Positions 10,550 through 21,905 of a stretch of DNA of 64,000 nucleotides are shown one piece after another. The notes under the pieces were generated by a model, which was not told the DNA's origin, did no database searches, and was given only the letters and a program-made list of their open reading frames with translations. The number at the start of each line of letters is the position of its first letter. Position 1 is the first letter of the stretch. Source of the stretch: an uncultured Phycisphaerales bacterium (GTDB taxonomy: Bacteria; Planctomycetota; Phycisphaerae; Tepidisphaerales; Tepidisphaeraceae); contig CAVWLP010000002.1 of the NCBI GenBank assembly GCA_963755915.1, forward strand, positions 4,640,001-4,704,000. The letters are read 5' to 3'. Both the position numbers and the translations under genes were made by a program.

Positions 10550-11266
10550 TCAAACAGTGCGGAGACGTTTCCGGGCAATCCCGATAAAACCCAGCCCCGA
10601 CAAAACCATAAAGCTCTGCCAGGCAGCGCTGGGAAGCGGAACAGCATTGGGAGGACCGCTTGCGGGATCCGGGATTTCCTTCAGATCGAAGCCTGTCCCG
10701 GCCGCATCGATGATCAGGTTATCGGGGTTGGTCGCGGTCGGGTTTCCGTTGTTGTCGTAATCAATCGTGCCGCTGCCCCACGATGAAGTGGTTCCGGAAG
10801 CTTGCGAGCCTCCGCCGTAGGTCAGGTTGTTTCCCCCGGCGTTCAGTGACACAGTCGTAAAAAAGCCGGCCGGCGGGGCAAACGTGCTGCTTACCGAGGG
10901 AAACGTCGCCGAGCTGCTAAGCAGGAACTGGAAGCCATCCCATGATGTGCCGGAATCGTTCGTGATCGATTCCGAATTGAAATCGATGACATCCGTCGTC
11001 GTCGAGACCGGCTGGAACGAAACCAGAAATCCCTGGTTCGGGGCGGTGAAGTCAGCGGTCTTGTCGATGACCAGGGGAGTGCTCGCGGTAGCGGGAGTAA
11101 CCGTCAGCGTCACTCCCGACTGGGCCGTGATGTTCCATCCGTCTACCACCTGAGATGTCCCGCCATCAATTGTGATTGTCGCGGCAGAAGCTGTCTGCCA
11201 GGCGCCCAAGCCCGCAAGCGCCGTGCACGCGGCGACCAGGGCGATCTTTTTGCTTCCATTGCACAT
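10550..11266 (-). CDS. Secreted protein with VPLPA/PEP-CTERM-type sorting signal
   Basis: Signal peptide ending TASA; C-terminal VPLPSAAW + TM helix + RKRLR. Confidence 0.85.
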   Translation of the reverse strand: MCNGSKKIALVAACTALAGLGAWQTASAATITIDGGTSQVVDGWNITAQSGVTLTVTPATASTPLVIDKTADFTAPNQGFLVSFQPVSTTTDVIDFNSESITNDSGTSWDGFQFLLSSSATFPSVSSTFAPPAGFFTTVSLNAGGNNLTYGGGSQASGTTSSWGSGTIDYDNNGNPTATNPDNLIIDAAGTGFDLKEIPDPASGPPNAVPLPSAAWQSFMVLSGLGFIGIARKRLRTV

Positions 11267-11514
11267 GAGAACCTCCCAAACAAATAAAACAACTCAAAAC
11301 GTCAACGCGCGATGCCTTGCATCGGACAGGCAATCTATAGATCGCCCTTTCAAGCCCGCGACGGATAATTTTTCGCGGCCGGTAATTCTTTGCCCTATGC
11401 GATGAAACTGTGCGATGAATTCGCATCGAACCGATCTCATCGCCGGGTCCGATAAGTTCGTCGAATCAGCGCCAAGTAGCGGCACGCTGCCGCCTCGGAT
11501 ATAACCACGACCCT

Positions 11515-11984
11515 ATGGAGCGAACGCTAATTATCCTGAAACCCGACGCCGTTCAGCGCGGGCTGTGTGGCCAAATCATCGACCGCTTCGAAAAAAAAGG
11601 CCTGCAAATTGTCGGCCTCAAGTTCATGAAGATTCCCCAGACCTTGGCGGAGACCCATTACGGCCCCCACAAAGGCAAGCCGTTCTATGATGGACTCGTA
11701 AAGTTCATGACATCCTCGCCAGTGATTGTGCTGGCGCTTTACGGCAAGGATGCGATCGGCGTCGCCCGCAAGATGATGGGCGCCACCTTCGGTTCAAAAG
11801 CAGAGCCCGGCACGATCCGCGGCGATTTTGGGGTGAGCAACTCCTTCAACCTGATTCACGGCTCCGATTCGCCGGAGAGCGCCAGCGCGAGCTCGATCTA
11901 TTCTTCAAGCGCGAGGAACTGCTTGAATGGAAGCCGGCGCTGGAAATGTGGGTCTACGATTACGGCAAGGGGAAGCCGGAGTAA
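11515..11984 (+). CDS. ndk: Nucleoside-diphosphate kinase; frameshift near 11885
   Basis: MERTLIILKPDAVQRGL, PGTIRGDF, NLIHGSDS; shifted frame continues RELDLFFKREELLEW...GKPE* (TAA 11982-11984). Confidence 0.95.
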
Positions 11985-11995
11985 GAGACGAGAGC

Positions 11996-13366
11996 TCACC
12001 ACGGAGAACTCTTCCGCCGGCGTTTGAGCAGACCCACGCTTCCAAATGAGAGCAGCGAGAGCGTTCCTGGTTCCGGCACGGCCGGCGCGAAGGCGACGCC
12101 TTTGAACAGTTCGCCCCCCTTGCCGCCGGTGTTTCCCGCGGCGGATTCGATTTCCGTGAAGCTTTCCCCTGCTCCAGTGGTCGCATCCAGAGAATCGCTG
12201 ATGGAGAACAGGCCATCCGGGTCTCCATTTCCGCTCGTGTAAGAGACCGCGAAAAGATCGACCTGGGCGCTGGCCCCGGACCCGACCACTTCGCCCGCGA
12301 GCGCTTCAAATCCCGTCTGGTCGCTCGAAGTCCAGGCCGAGCTGGTTGGCGTGAGCGTATACTGAAGACTCCAGGTATTGCCGTTGAACGTCCATTTCTG
12401 GATACCCCCGTCGCCAACGTCGCCTCCCTTGGGATCGCCCGTATCGGCGACGTAGAGCGTGTTGGCATTTGCAAAGTAGAAGCCTTCCGGGCTGTAAAAG
12501 ACTTCACTGCCTCCCGATTTGCCATTGTTCGCGGGGATGATTCGGGTTGGGGTTGAAGAGGTGGTGGGTAGCCCGTTGTATTTCCAGATGCCGGTATCGG
12601 TGCCGGAGCCTGTGTCTATGGAGAAATAGAGATTTCCGTTGTAGGCCGTCACGGTCCGCGTGTCCTGGAGGTTGTAGATTCCGGTTGGGGAGCCGCTCAC
12701 GGTCGTGTTCAGGCCGACGTTCCCGTAGAAGACTCCCTGGTCGGAATCGTTTCCGTCCCCCTGGCCGGAGATATAAAAGGTCGAGCCAGTGGAGGAATAA
12801 ACTGAACGGGGATTGTTGGTGTTGTAAACATCATTCAGCTCGGTGGAGGAGTTCACGTTCCCATTGGCGTCAATGAGTGCAGCCACGCGCGGGACGTTGG
12901 TGTCGGTGGACTGGGCGAGGGAGACGGTGTTGTGGCTGAAGGGGGTCCCGGTCGTGAAAGTGGTGCCGTTTTCGGAGTTGGTGGAAGCATCGATTCCTGC
13001 CGCCGCTGCCGAGGCGCTATAGCCTGCGATGGTGAGATATTGGCCGTTGCCGGAGAGCTGAAGGGTTCCTTCGGAGGAGGAGCCGTACTGGCCCACGATG
13101 CCGAAGTTATTGCCAGAGTTTGATGTCGGGAGCGTGTCGGTGAATACCGGCGATTCGTTGAGGGTGACAGAGTTATTGGTGACGGCGAATTCGAGAAGGC
13201 TGATGGGGGTTGAAGCGCCCTGGGTGAGATTGCTGCCCACGCTGCCGTAGGTGCTGACGACGAGATCGCCGGGGGTAAAGGTAACAGCGCGCACGCGACC
13301 CGCCGAGGCGGCAAAAAGAACCATTGCCAGTATGGCCCGGCAAGCCGGCTTCCAGGATTGAGGCAT
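11996..13366 (-). CDS. PEP-CTERM surface protein, Ser/Thr/Gly-rich beta-fold
   Basis: Signal peptide; C-terminal VPEPGTLSLLSFGSVGLLKRRRK. Confidence 0.9.
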   Translation of the reverse strand: MPQSWKPACRAILAMVLFAASAGRVRAVTFTPGDLVVSTYGSVGSNLTQGASTPISLLEFAVTNNSVTLNESPVFTDTLPTSNSGNNFGIVGQYGSSSEGTLQLSGNGQYLTIAGYSASAAAAGIDASTNSENGTTFTTGTPFSHNTVSLAQSTDTNVPRVAALIDANGNVNSSTELNDVYNTNNPRSVYSSTGSTFYISGQGDGNDSDQGVFYGNVGLNTTVSGSPTGIYNLQDTRTVTAYNGNLYFSIDTGSGTDTGIWKYNGLPTTSSTPTRIIPANNGKSGGSEVFYSPEGFYFANANTLYVADTGDPKGGDVGDGGIQKWTFNGNTWSLQYTLTPTSSAWTSSDQTGFEALAGEVVGSGASAQVDLFAVSYTSGNGDPDGLFSISDSLDATTGAGESFTEIESAAGNTGGKGGELFKGVAFAPAVPEPGTLSLLSFGSVGLLKRRRKSSPW

Positions 13367-13598
13367 ATTCTCCCTTTACAACGTCAAAGCCCCCAAGTCC
13401 GCTCCTTCACGCAAGCTTCATGAGGTTAGATTGATACTGGCTTATGTTCTAAATTTCGTTAGCGAGTGGTTAAGGTTTGGTTATGGCGGCAGGGAATTTC
13501 CCGCGCAATAGGTCGGTCCCCCGCCGCGGGCACTCTCGATTCGATGTGCCGCGAAGCACGAAACGGGACTGGGATTTCGGTTTCTACTTTTGCCAACC

Positions 13599-14200
13599 CT
13601 ACCGCGCCACGATCGGCCGTTTGCAAACGACTTCATGGCTTTCCGTGCTGTACGTCAACTCGCCGTCGCCTGCCCACACGCTCCAGATCGGCTTGTCATC
13701 GCTGGCGACAAAATCGTCCATTAACGTGTAAACCCCGTTGGTTTCGCGAAACACCAGATATCGGCTCTTTCCAACCTGCGGGATTTCAATGCCATACATT
13801 GATAGATCGCTCTGCCGTTGCGCCCCCAAGTCCGCCAAGCCATAGCCCGGGAACATGATTTCGAAAATTCGCTTAGTGAGCTCATCGCGACTTTGGTAAC
13901 GGATCTTCACCGGCGCCTGCGACACCAATTGCTCCACCAACTGCGACTGGCTTGGATCGATGTTGTTCGGGTCGTCCTTATACTCCTCGTAAGTCGAATA
14001 ATCGCGCGTCAGCTTGATCGAATGCCCCAGGTATTCAATCGATCCCGGAGCAAATTGCGAAACGCTCGGAGTTCGCGCGTTATAACGCTCGACCTCCCGA
14101 TACATCGGCCAACCCACGATCACAACGGTGATCAGAGTCGCCGCACCTCGCCACCATGTTGCCGAATATTGATTTGGCGTAAACGCCCTCCTCTCAGGCC
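13599..14200 (-). CDS. Hypothetical protein with one TM segment (start uncertain)
   Basis: Long ORF with WWRGAATLITVVIVGW followed by a soluble domain; no family recognised. Confidence 0.45.
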
Positions 14201-14383
14201 CAAAGTCCCGGATAGTTCCCAATTGTAACTTCGACTGACGGAAGATGAGCGATAAATTTACCCTTGCCGTCCTGGCTTTCTCAACTCCCGTAGGCCATGC
14301 GAAAAATCGGCGACTTTTATAACCCCGTCCCGCCTCGCCAGAGCCCGCTCCCCCGGATATAAACCCAGCCGGAGGCACCTCGC

Positions 14384-15384
14384 ATGATCCTCGCCGGTTT
14401 CGTCGTCGGTCTTCTCGCCTGGTTCATCGTCCGCTGCATCGTCGGTGGCTTCTTCACCGTCGACCAGAACGAGCGGGCCGTCAAAACCAGCCTTGGACGT
14501 GCCGAACGCGTCGGAACCGCCACCACGCTCGAATCTCCCATCGCTCAAAATCTCCAGCCCGACGAACGGGAGCGATACAACTATCCCCAGGTCCGCGTCA
14601 TCCCGCCCGGCGGCCCCTATTTCAAATGGCCCTGGGAACGCGTCCACAAGGCCGACATCGCCACCCAGACCATCAACATGGCCTACGACCCCGAAACCCC
14701 CAAGGCCAACACCGGCGGCACAGTGCTCGAAGCCGTCACCAAGGACCAGCTCAACACCGGCCTCACGCGGCCAGATCCGCTACCGCGTCTCCGAGAACAA
14801 TCTCTACGCCTACCTCTTCGGCGTGAACCATCCCATCGTCCACGTCATGGGTTATTTCGTCTCCGTCCTGCGCGAACGCATCGCCAATTTCGAAGCCCCC
14901 GCACCCAAGACTCCTGCCGACGCCCCCACAAAACCCGAGCCCTCCACCGCCGCCATCGGCATCTCCATCAACGACCTCCGCAAAAATCTCCGCGATATCA
15001 ACGACCACATGGACCGCGAATGCGCTTCCTCCGATGCCCGCTACGGCATCGTGCTCGACGCCTCGCTCATCACCGGCATCGATCCGCCGCCGGAGGTCGA
15101 ATCCGCGCTGGCCGCGATCAACACCGCGTACAACCAGGTCTCTTCCGACATCAGCCTCGCCCAGGCCGGCGCCGATCAGAAAATCGTCCAGTCCAAACGC
15201 GCCGTGGAAATCGAAACCCTCAAGGCCCAGGCCGAGGTCGAACCGCTCATGGCCATGGCCGCACAACTTGCCGACCTTCAAGAAAAGCGGCCCGGAAGTG
15301 CTCCCCGCATATCTCCGCAACGTCCGGCTCGGCCTCTTCACCCAGGCCAAACGCATCATCCTGGAGGCCAACCACCATGAATGA
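14384..15384 (+). CDS. SPFH/band-7 domain membrane protein 1; frameshifts near 14765 and 15285
   Basis: N-terminal TM, FTVDQNERAV, GPYFKWPWERV, YGIVLDASLITGIDPPPEVESAL, coiled-coil tail. Confidence 0.8.
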
Positions 15385-16296
15385 TTCCCCCCTGAACGAA
15401 TTTATCATCGCCTTCTTCTGCACGTTCATCGGCACGTTCATTGCCGTGCCGATTTTCTTCATGTTTCTGCGCCTCTTCGGCTTCTACACCATCGTCAACG
15501 AGCGCCAGTGCAAGGTCTATGTCCTCTTCGGAAAAGTCCTCGGTGAATTGGACGAACCCGGGCTGCATTTGCTTTTTCCAAAACTGGGATTGAAGGCGCT
15601 CGATCGTGAATTTGCTCGGCCGCTGTTATTCGCTCGACCTGCGGCTGGATCAGGAATACCTCCGCAGCACGCCCGTCAATTCCGAGGAAGGCGCGCCAAT
15701 GGGCATCGGCATCTGGTACGAGATGTTCATCAGCAATCCCGTTTCCTACCTTTTCAAGAACGCCGACCCGCGCGGCTCGCTGGCCGCCAACGTCGGCAAC
15801 TCCACCGTTCGCTGCCTGAGCAACATGAAGCTGGCCGACATGCTGGAAAACCGGCACTCGATGAGCCAGACCGTCCGCGATCGAGGTCTGCCCGCAGTCC
15901 GAAGAATGGGGCTACAAGCTCGGCTCCGTCTACATCCGCAAAGTCCATTTCCGCGACGCCGGCATGATCAAGCAGATCGAGGAAAAGGTCGTCAACCGAC
16001 TTCGGCAGGTCACCAGCGCCATCAAGCAGGACGGGGCCAACCAGGTGAGCATCATCACCAGCACCGCCGAGCGCCAGGCCGCCATCGAATTCGCCAAGGC
16101 CGCCGCCATGCGTCCCGAAATCGTCGGCGCCGCCCTCGAAAAAATCTCCCGCGACCCCGACATTGCCAAAACGATGTTCGAAATCCTCGAAACCCAGAAC
16201 ATCCTCGCCGGCAAGGGGGATGTCACGCTGGTTCCCCCGCACCAAAGGCTGCTGGGGGAAATTATGGCTGCTCAGGAATCTTCGCCCGTTCATTGA
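15377..16296 (+). CDS. SPFH/band-7 domain membrane protein 2; frameshifts near 15600 and 15880
   Basis: TM, YTIVNERQCKVYVLFGKVLGELDEPGLH, LDLRL, coiled-coil tail; start overlaps the stop of gene 1. Confidence 0.8.
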
Positions 16297-16679
16297 GTGG
16301 GGATTGACTCCCAGTAAAAGGGGGGAGGATTTCGTGGATTGCGACTTCATATGCAGCGGGGTGAAATTCAAGATAAGTTAGTGATTGCAAGTCGTTGATG
16401 CGGTGCTGTGGCAAGGGGTTTCGTTACCGTTGACAGAATGGAAGTTTTTAAAAGAGGTGGCGAGCGGGGTGGGGGGTTTTTCCTGGATTGCGACGGGGGG
16501 CGAAAATGGGTGGTTTTGAGCATCATCATAGGAAAGTGCGCGCCTCTATATACAGGGCCAAAGGTGCACGTTTTGGACGTGTTTTTTGGGAAATCTGGGG
16601 GGATTTATTTTGGGGGCGTGAGATTGGAAAGAATTTGATATGGGGAGGGGTTTCTTTGGGGAATCGGACGGTGCTGGGG

Positions 16680-16744
16680 GCCCTCACCCGCGCGGGCTTA
16701 CGCCCGCTTGCCCTCTCCCTGATTACAGGGAGAGGGGAAAGAGG
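16680..16744. repeat. REP-like palindromic repeat, same family as 10388-10426 (opposite orientation)
   Basis: gccctcaccc...ccctctccct-gattac-agggagaggg with an extra hairpin gcgggc-ttac-gcccgc. Confidence 0.7.
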
Positions 16745-16750
16745 CACGGA

Positions 16751-17962
16751 TCAGGTCGACAAGCGAATAAGTCCATTGATTGCGAGGATGGCTGGAGAAT
16801 CAGTTGGGCCAGGATTGCGCGGAAGCGGGAAAAGCGCGGCGCTCTGTTTGGGCGCGGATTCCTTCGCGGTTAGATAATTGCCCCAGCCGATGATCACCGT
16901 CGAGGCGATGAGGGTCGCCAGTCCGGCGGCGATTAGTTTGTGTGTTCGGGCAGAGGAGCCTTTCCACTCCTTGAGGGCGACGCCCCAAAGGGTGGAAAAG
17001 ATGATGATGCTCGCCATGTGCAACGTCCAGGAAGAGAAACCGAATTGGCCCATCTTGGTTTCGCCCATTGAATAGAAGAAAAATTGGAAATACCAGATGA
17101 GCCCAGCGGCCGCGGACAACAGGTAATTCGGGGCGAGTGCGATGCGCCGGGTTTTCGATTCGGCGGTGGGCGCGGCGGCATTTTCCATGTATTCCCCTAT
17201 GTATTCCCCTGCCGATTTATTTTTCAGATGGAGAATGACGCACCATACAAAGTTGGTTAGAAAACCGCCCCAGAGGACCACGACGAGGATTGGGAGGTTC
17301 TGCCAGACGTCGGCGCGGCCTGCGTGGGCAAGACCGCGTGCCGCGGCGTCGGCGATCGGTTGGCCGGCCGCGAACGCAAACGCCATGCACGCCGACATGA
17401 TGCCGCATACGATCGCGATGATGAGTCCCCGGGGAAAATTGAATTCAGCGACCGCCGCCTTCTTTTGTGTCTCCGACATTTCCGCTTCCTTCGACCGGCC
17501 CGCCAAGCCCGAGATGGCAATGCCCACCAGGCAAACCAGGACGCCCAGCAGAACCACACGGCCCCCATTTGTCGCCGCAATCGCCCCCAACTGGTGATTG
17601 AACAATGGCGGGATGAGAGTGCCAAAGGCGGCGCAGCACCCGAGCGCGATCGCGTAGCCGAGGGCGAGACCGAGGTAGCGCACGGTCAGGCCGAAGGTTA
17701 ACCCGCCGACACCCCAGAGGAGTCCAAAGCAAATGGTCCAGATCAACGTGCTGGAAGGAGTGTCGCTGATGATCCGCCAGACGTTGGGAACAAATAACGA
17801 TGCGAAAATCGGCGGCGCGATGATCCAACTGAAGACGCCGCCGACCAACCAATAGGTTTCCCAGGACCATCGCCTGACGCGTTTGAATGGAAGGTAAAAG
17901 CTTGCCGCGGCAAGACCGCCGATCCAGTGGAACAGGACGCCGAGCGGCGGATTAGGATTCAT
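16751..17962 (-). CDS. rhaT: RhaT-family sugar/proton symporter
   Basis: GVLFHWIGGLAAASFYLPFKRVRRWSWETYW, WGVGGLTFGL, WYFQFFFY, SWTLHMASII, LKEWKG. Confidence 0.88.
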   Translation of the reverse strand: MNPNPPLGVLFHWIGGLAAASFYLPFKRVRRWSWETYWLVGGVFSWIIAPPIFASLFVPNVWRIISDTPSSTLIWTICFGLLWGVGGLTFGLTVRYLGLALGYAIALGCCAAFGTLIPPLFNHQLGAIAATNGGRVVLLGVLVCLVGIAISGLAGRSKEAEMSETQKKAAVAEFNFPRGLIIAIVCGIMSACMAFAFAAGQPIADAAARGLAHAGRADVWQNLPILVVVLWGGFLTNFVWCVILHLKNKSAGEYIGEYMENAAAPTAESKTRRIALAPNYLLSAAAGLIWYFQFFFYSMGETKMGQFGFSSWTLHMASIIIFSTLWGVALKEWKGSSARTHKLIAAGLATLIASTVIIGWGNYLTAKESAPKQSAALFPLPRNPGPTDSPAILAINGLIRLST

Positions 17963-17984
17963 GGGGTGCTCCCAACTTTGAAGT

Positions 17985-19418
17985 TCAGCAAACCTGAACC
18001 ACTTCCATCTTGAGAAGCTGGCCGAGCTTTTGGATTTTTCCGGCGATGTGGCCGATGCCGACGGCACAATGATGTGCCGGTCCCTGGGCGTTCCACGACG
18101 TGACAAAGTTGCGCGCTCCGGTCGGAAATCGGTAGCGGGAGTTGGTGTTTCCGATTTCCAAAATGGGGCCCGGGACCGACTCTGCCTGGGCAACGAGAAG
18201 CTTTATTCGCCCATCTTTGGTCTGGACGACGGAAAGCAGCGTGACCGGACCATGCTTGACGGACATCTCAACTGAAAGGCCGCGGCCCACCTTTCCATGA
18301 TAGACCTTCAGCGGGCGCACCTTGATCTTGCCCTGGGCGATCGCGATGTGGCCCGGGCCGTCGTGTCCCATGAGGACAATGTCGTCTGAATAATCCATCG
18401 CGTAATACTCGGTGAACGATCCGCCGGCGCCGAAGCTGTCCATGATCTTCATCGCCTGGGCGTTTTTGATTTCCAACTCGCCGGCGACGGGAATTCCCCG
18501 GGCAGTCAGAAGGGAGTTGCCGAGAATGATGGAGGAAATCACCTCTTCATTGGCCGGGTTGCCAACCCCCATATAGTAATACGCCATTGAACCCAACTGA
18601 TGGGTCGCCACGAACTGGTCGAGAGCTGCCGAGGTTTTGGCGGCTCGTTTTAGCTCTGCTTCGGGACAGTCCGGCTGGACATCAAAGAGCTGGTGGAACA
18701 TCGTTACCCGATCGGCAACCTGGGCTTCCGTGACGGAGGCGCAGATCGCCGCGAGTTCGTCGACTTCGACGATTTCGATGTGGCCTCCGAAGCAGGCGCA
18801 CTGCTGGGTGAGATCGGAGTAGATATCCAACATGCCGTTGTAATAGTGGCCCATTACGCCGAGGCGATTGTGCTCCATGAGGTGGGCGACCTTCGCGGCA
18901 TGAACCCAGTCGGCGATTTCGCTCCAGGCAGCGTCGTCGTCCTCCAACATCCCCGTCACCTGGTAGAACGGAATGCCGCAGCGGCAAAAGACGTTGGCAA
19001 TTTCCGGCACCGGGCAGGCGTTGCAATAGGCGAGCCATTCGCCGGTCATCTTGGTTCGGTCGCCCAGCGCGTTGAACGTCGCGTAATCAATTGCCGGGCC
19101 AGGCTGCAGGTTTAGGATAATCACCGGGACTTTGGCGCGACGAACGACCGGAAGAACGGTGCTGGACAAGGCGTAGGTGGTGACATGGAGAAACAGAAGG
19201 TCGACGTCTTTTTCGCGAAAGGCATGACCGGCGTGGACGGCTTTTTCGGGGCTGTCAATCAGGCCCAGATCGACGATCTCTACGCCGTTGGTTATTCCGG
19301 CTAGCTTCTCCGCAACCCGCGCGACATAACCTTTCAGGCGGATTTCCAGGCCGGGAAACTGCGGCCAGTACGTGTCGAGGCCGATGCCGAAAAGGCCGAG
19401 TTTCAGGGATCGCGTCAT
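17985..19418 (-). CDS. L-fucose/L-arabinose isomerase-family protein
   Basis: GLFGIGLDTYWPQF, AGELE, GGSFTE, MGHDGPGH, GPAHHCAVG. Confidence 0.8.
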   Translation of the reverse strand: MTRSLKLGLFGIGLDTYWPQFPGLEIRLKGYVARVAEKLAGITNGVEIVDLGLIDSPEKAVHAGHAFREKDVDLLFLHVTTYALSSTVLPVVRRAKVPVIILNLQPGPAIDYATFNALGDRTKMTGEWLAYCNACPVPEIANVFCRCGIPFYQVTGMLEDDDAAWSEIADWVHAAKVAHLMEHNRLGVMGHYYNGMLDIYSDLTQQCACFGGHIEIVEVDELAAICASVTEAQVADRVTMFHQLFDVQPDCPEAELKRAAKTSAALDQFVATHQLGSMAYYYMGVGNPANEEVISSIILGNSLLTARGIPVAGELEIKNAQAMKIMDSFGAGGSFTEYYAMDYSDDIVLMGHDGPGHIAIAQGKIKVRPLKVYHGKVGRGLSVEMSVKHGPVTLLSVVQTKDGRIKLLVAQAESVPGPILEIGNTNSRYRFPTGARNFVTSWNAQGPAHHCAVGIGHIAGKIQKLGQLLKMEVVQVC

Positions 19419-19520
19419 GGTTTTCCGCCCGTCGGCTGTTGCCAGTAAAACAAACGCTACTCCCAACCGGCCGGCAGCAAAATACGCAAAATGGCCGGCA
19501 TGCATATAGAATCTGGCAAC

Positions 19521-20417
19521 ATGAAAAACTATGCGAGCTATCTGTCTGCCGGCTCCGATCTGCACGTCTGGCGGGCCGCGGTGACCGCCGCAGGCTATAC
19601 CCGCATCCCCCCCGGATCGGTTTATCCGCCCGGTCGTCATCCGCTCGATCATTTGTTCACCTGGCAACGGGGGCGTGCTTCAGGCGTATCAAGTAGTTTA
19701 CGTATTGAGTGGCCGGGGAACTTTTGAATCCGATGCCCGCGGGCTTCAGGAAGTTACAGCGGGCACGGTCTTTTTGCTCTTTCCAGGAGTGTGGCATCGA
19801 TACAAACCAGACAGAAAAACCGGGTGGGTCGAAAGCTGGATTGAACTCCAGGGACCGGCCATCCGCCTGCTCGAAAAAAGCGCAGTCATATCCCGCGAAC
19901 GCCCGCTCCTGCCCATGGGCAGGCATCCCGCTCTGGAGAAATCCCTTGAAGATTGCCATCGTCTGGCAATTGAACGACCGGCTGGCTATCAAGCGATGCT
20001 CGGAACCCTGGGCCTGCATATTCTGGCATTACTCCAAGGAGCACCATTGATGCCCGGCAGCCGATCAAGCATCAATGAAGCCGTGCGAAAAACCCAGCAG
20101 GCCTTGGAGACTCAGCTCGACCGCTTGATCAATATCGAAGCCATCGCCGAGCAACTCAATGTGAGCTATTCCACGCTCCGTCACGCGTTCAGGGACCTCG
20201 TCGGATCGTCCCCCAAGCAATATCATTTGCAATTGCGCTGCGCAAGGCCAAAGAATTGCTTCAAAACACGCCCCTGACAATCGAAGGCATCGCCGATGAA
20301 CTTGGATTTGGCTCCGCGTTTCATTTCTCTAATGTCTTTAAGCAATCAGTCGGCGAATCGCCTTCGGCCTGGAGACGAAGCAATGAGCGGGGACATAAAG
20401 GGGACTTCCTGATTTGA
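19521..20417 (+). CDS. AraC-family regulator; frameshifts near 19675 and 20240
   Basis: Cupin-like LLFPGVWHRY, HTH IAEQLNVSYSTLRHAF...SPKQY, then IADELGFGSAFHFSNVFKQSVGESPSAWR; divergent from the isomerase. Confidence 0.88.
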
Positions 20418-20486
20418 CCGCAAGGGTCAGAATGAGAAGCGACCCCCCTTATGATGGTCTATGTGTCCATCAGCCGGGTACGTTTT

Positions 20487-21308
20487 TCACACCATCACGT
20501 TAACGCGCAAAAAAGTAGCGGTAATAATAGTGGCGTTCTTATCGGGACTCTTGTTGTGCTGCAAGAAAAGAGTCTCCAGTTCCTTTTGGAGCTCACCCGC
20601 CCGCCCGTTCTTTTCGGCGGCGTCGAAGGCGTTCATGGTTGGTCCGTAGTATTTTCGGAAGTCATCAACATACGCGACCGGATTGCTGGGAGAATTGAAC
20701 GTAAAGGTGTCACGGGCACACGAAACCCTTTCCCCGGACACTCGCGCGGCCGCGAAACGCTCCAGGACGTGGCTCTCGACGCCCCAGGTCATCGGGCTGA
20801 TGAACCCCTCAGGCGGCGGCGGAGTAAACGCGGAACTGATTTTCAAAAGTTGCGCCACCAGCGTTGGATCGTTCGGAATCCAGTTTCCCATGATGATCCG
20901 GCCTCCGGGACGGGTCACGCGCACCATTTCCCTGGCCACGTCAAACGGCTTTGGCGCAAACATCGCCCCAAAAATGCTGACGACGAGGTCAAAGGAATGA
21001 TCCTTCAGCTCGTGCAGACCGGTCGCGTCTCCCTCTTGAAACCGGCAGTTGGCCAGACCGTGCTCTTTGGCACGTTTGTTCCCAGCCGCGACGAGATTGC
21101 CGGCGATATCGACGCCCAGCACGTCGGCGCCGAGCATTGCCGCCGGCAATGCGGTCGTGCCGTCGCCGCATCCGAGATCCAGGACCTTGAGTCCTTTTGC
21201 AATGCCGATTTTTTTGACCAGCGCTTCTCCGCTGCCTCTCATGCTCTGTGCAATTCGCGTGAAGTCGCCCTTTTCCCAAAGTGCTTTGTTTGGATTCATA
21301 GTGGCCAT
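20487..21308 (-). CDS. Class I SAM-dependent methyltransferase
   Basis: VLDLGCGDG, FQEGDA, FDLVVSIFGAMFAP, RVTRPGG. Confidence 0.9.
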   Translation of the reverse strand: MATMNPNKALWEKGDFTRIAQSMRGSGEALVKKIGIAKGLKVLDLGCGDGTTALPAAMLGADVLGVDIAGNLVAAGNKRAKEHGLANCRFQEGDATGLHELKDHSFDLVVSIFGAMFAPKPFDVAREMVRVTRPGGRIIMGNWIPNDPTLVAQLLKISSAFTPPPPEGFISPMTWGVESHVLERFAAARVSGERVSCARDTFTFNSPSNPVAYVDDFRKYYGPTMNAFDAAEKNGRAGELQKELETLFLQHNKSPDKNATIITATFLRVNVMV

Positions 21309-21499
21309 ACCCTTTTAGTCGATGGATGCGCGGGGGTTGCGAAGATTGCTTCCTCGCCGTGCATATGAACCAAGCTGACCAATTCCGCTGCCGATTTTAT
21401 ATTTGGACAGGCTGGTTTGGCAACGATAATCAGGGCGGCGAGACACGAGTTGAACTCTTTTCGCCATTTTGCACCGGGATTGCGATTTCGGTCCGGCGA

Positions 21500-21905
21500 T
21501 CAAATGCCCAGAAGCTCCACGAAATGTGAAAAGGTTCCGGACACTTCTCTCCAAACGCACCCTTTAGGGCCTTCGTACCATTCGCTGGCAACGACTCGCG
21601 GATCAATTGCCTGCGTTCGGAAATCCAGCGCAATGCCAATGTCGTCGCCCGGGACGCGATTAACTGCGACCAGAATGGCCAAGTCGGCGTCTAACCAAGG
21701 CAACTCAATTGCCTCGGAACACTTGGATGATCGCTTTGCGTAAAAAAATTGCGCCCATCGGGGGTCATCGGCAAGCTTAACCAATCCGTTGGTTTCTCGG
21801 GTGATTGAGTCGACCCGACTTAGAAAGTCGACCGGTTCGCGCAAAAAAGGAATCAACTGAGCGAGAACACTGTCTCCAGGGTGCCGCCATCGGTGGTTTT
21901 GGATA
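21500..21905 (-). pseudogene. 5'-truncated hypothetical gene, possibly SUKH/SMI1-like immunity protein
   Basis: WRHPGD...DDIGIALDFR...PRVVASEW...TFSHFVELLG; no credible start, overlaps the upstream ORF; low GC. Confidence 0.35.

Noticed and set aside
16297-16680. Long G/T-skewed intergenic region as ncRNA or gene
   Set aside because: No convincing ORF, stable structure or repeat unit that I could support
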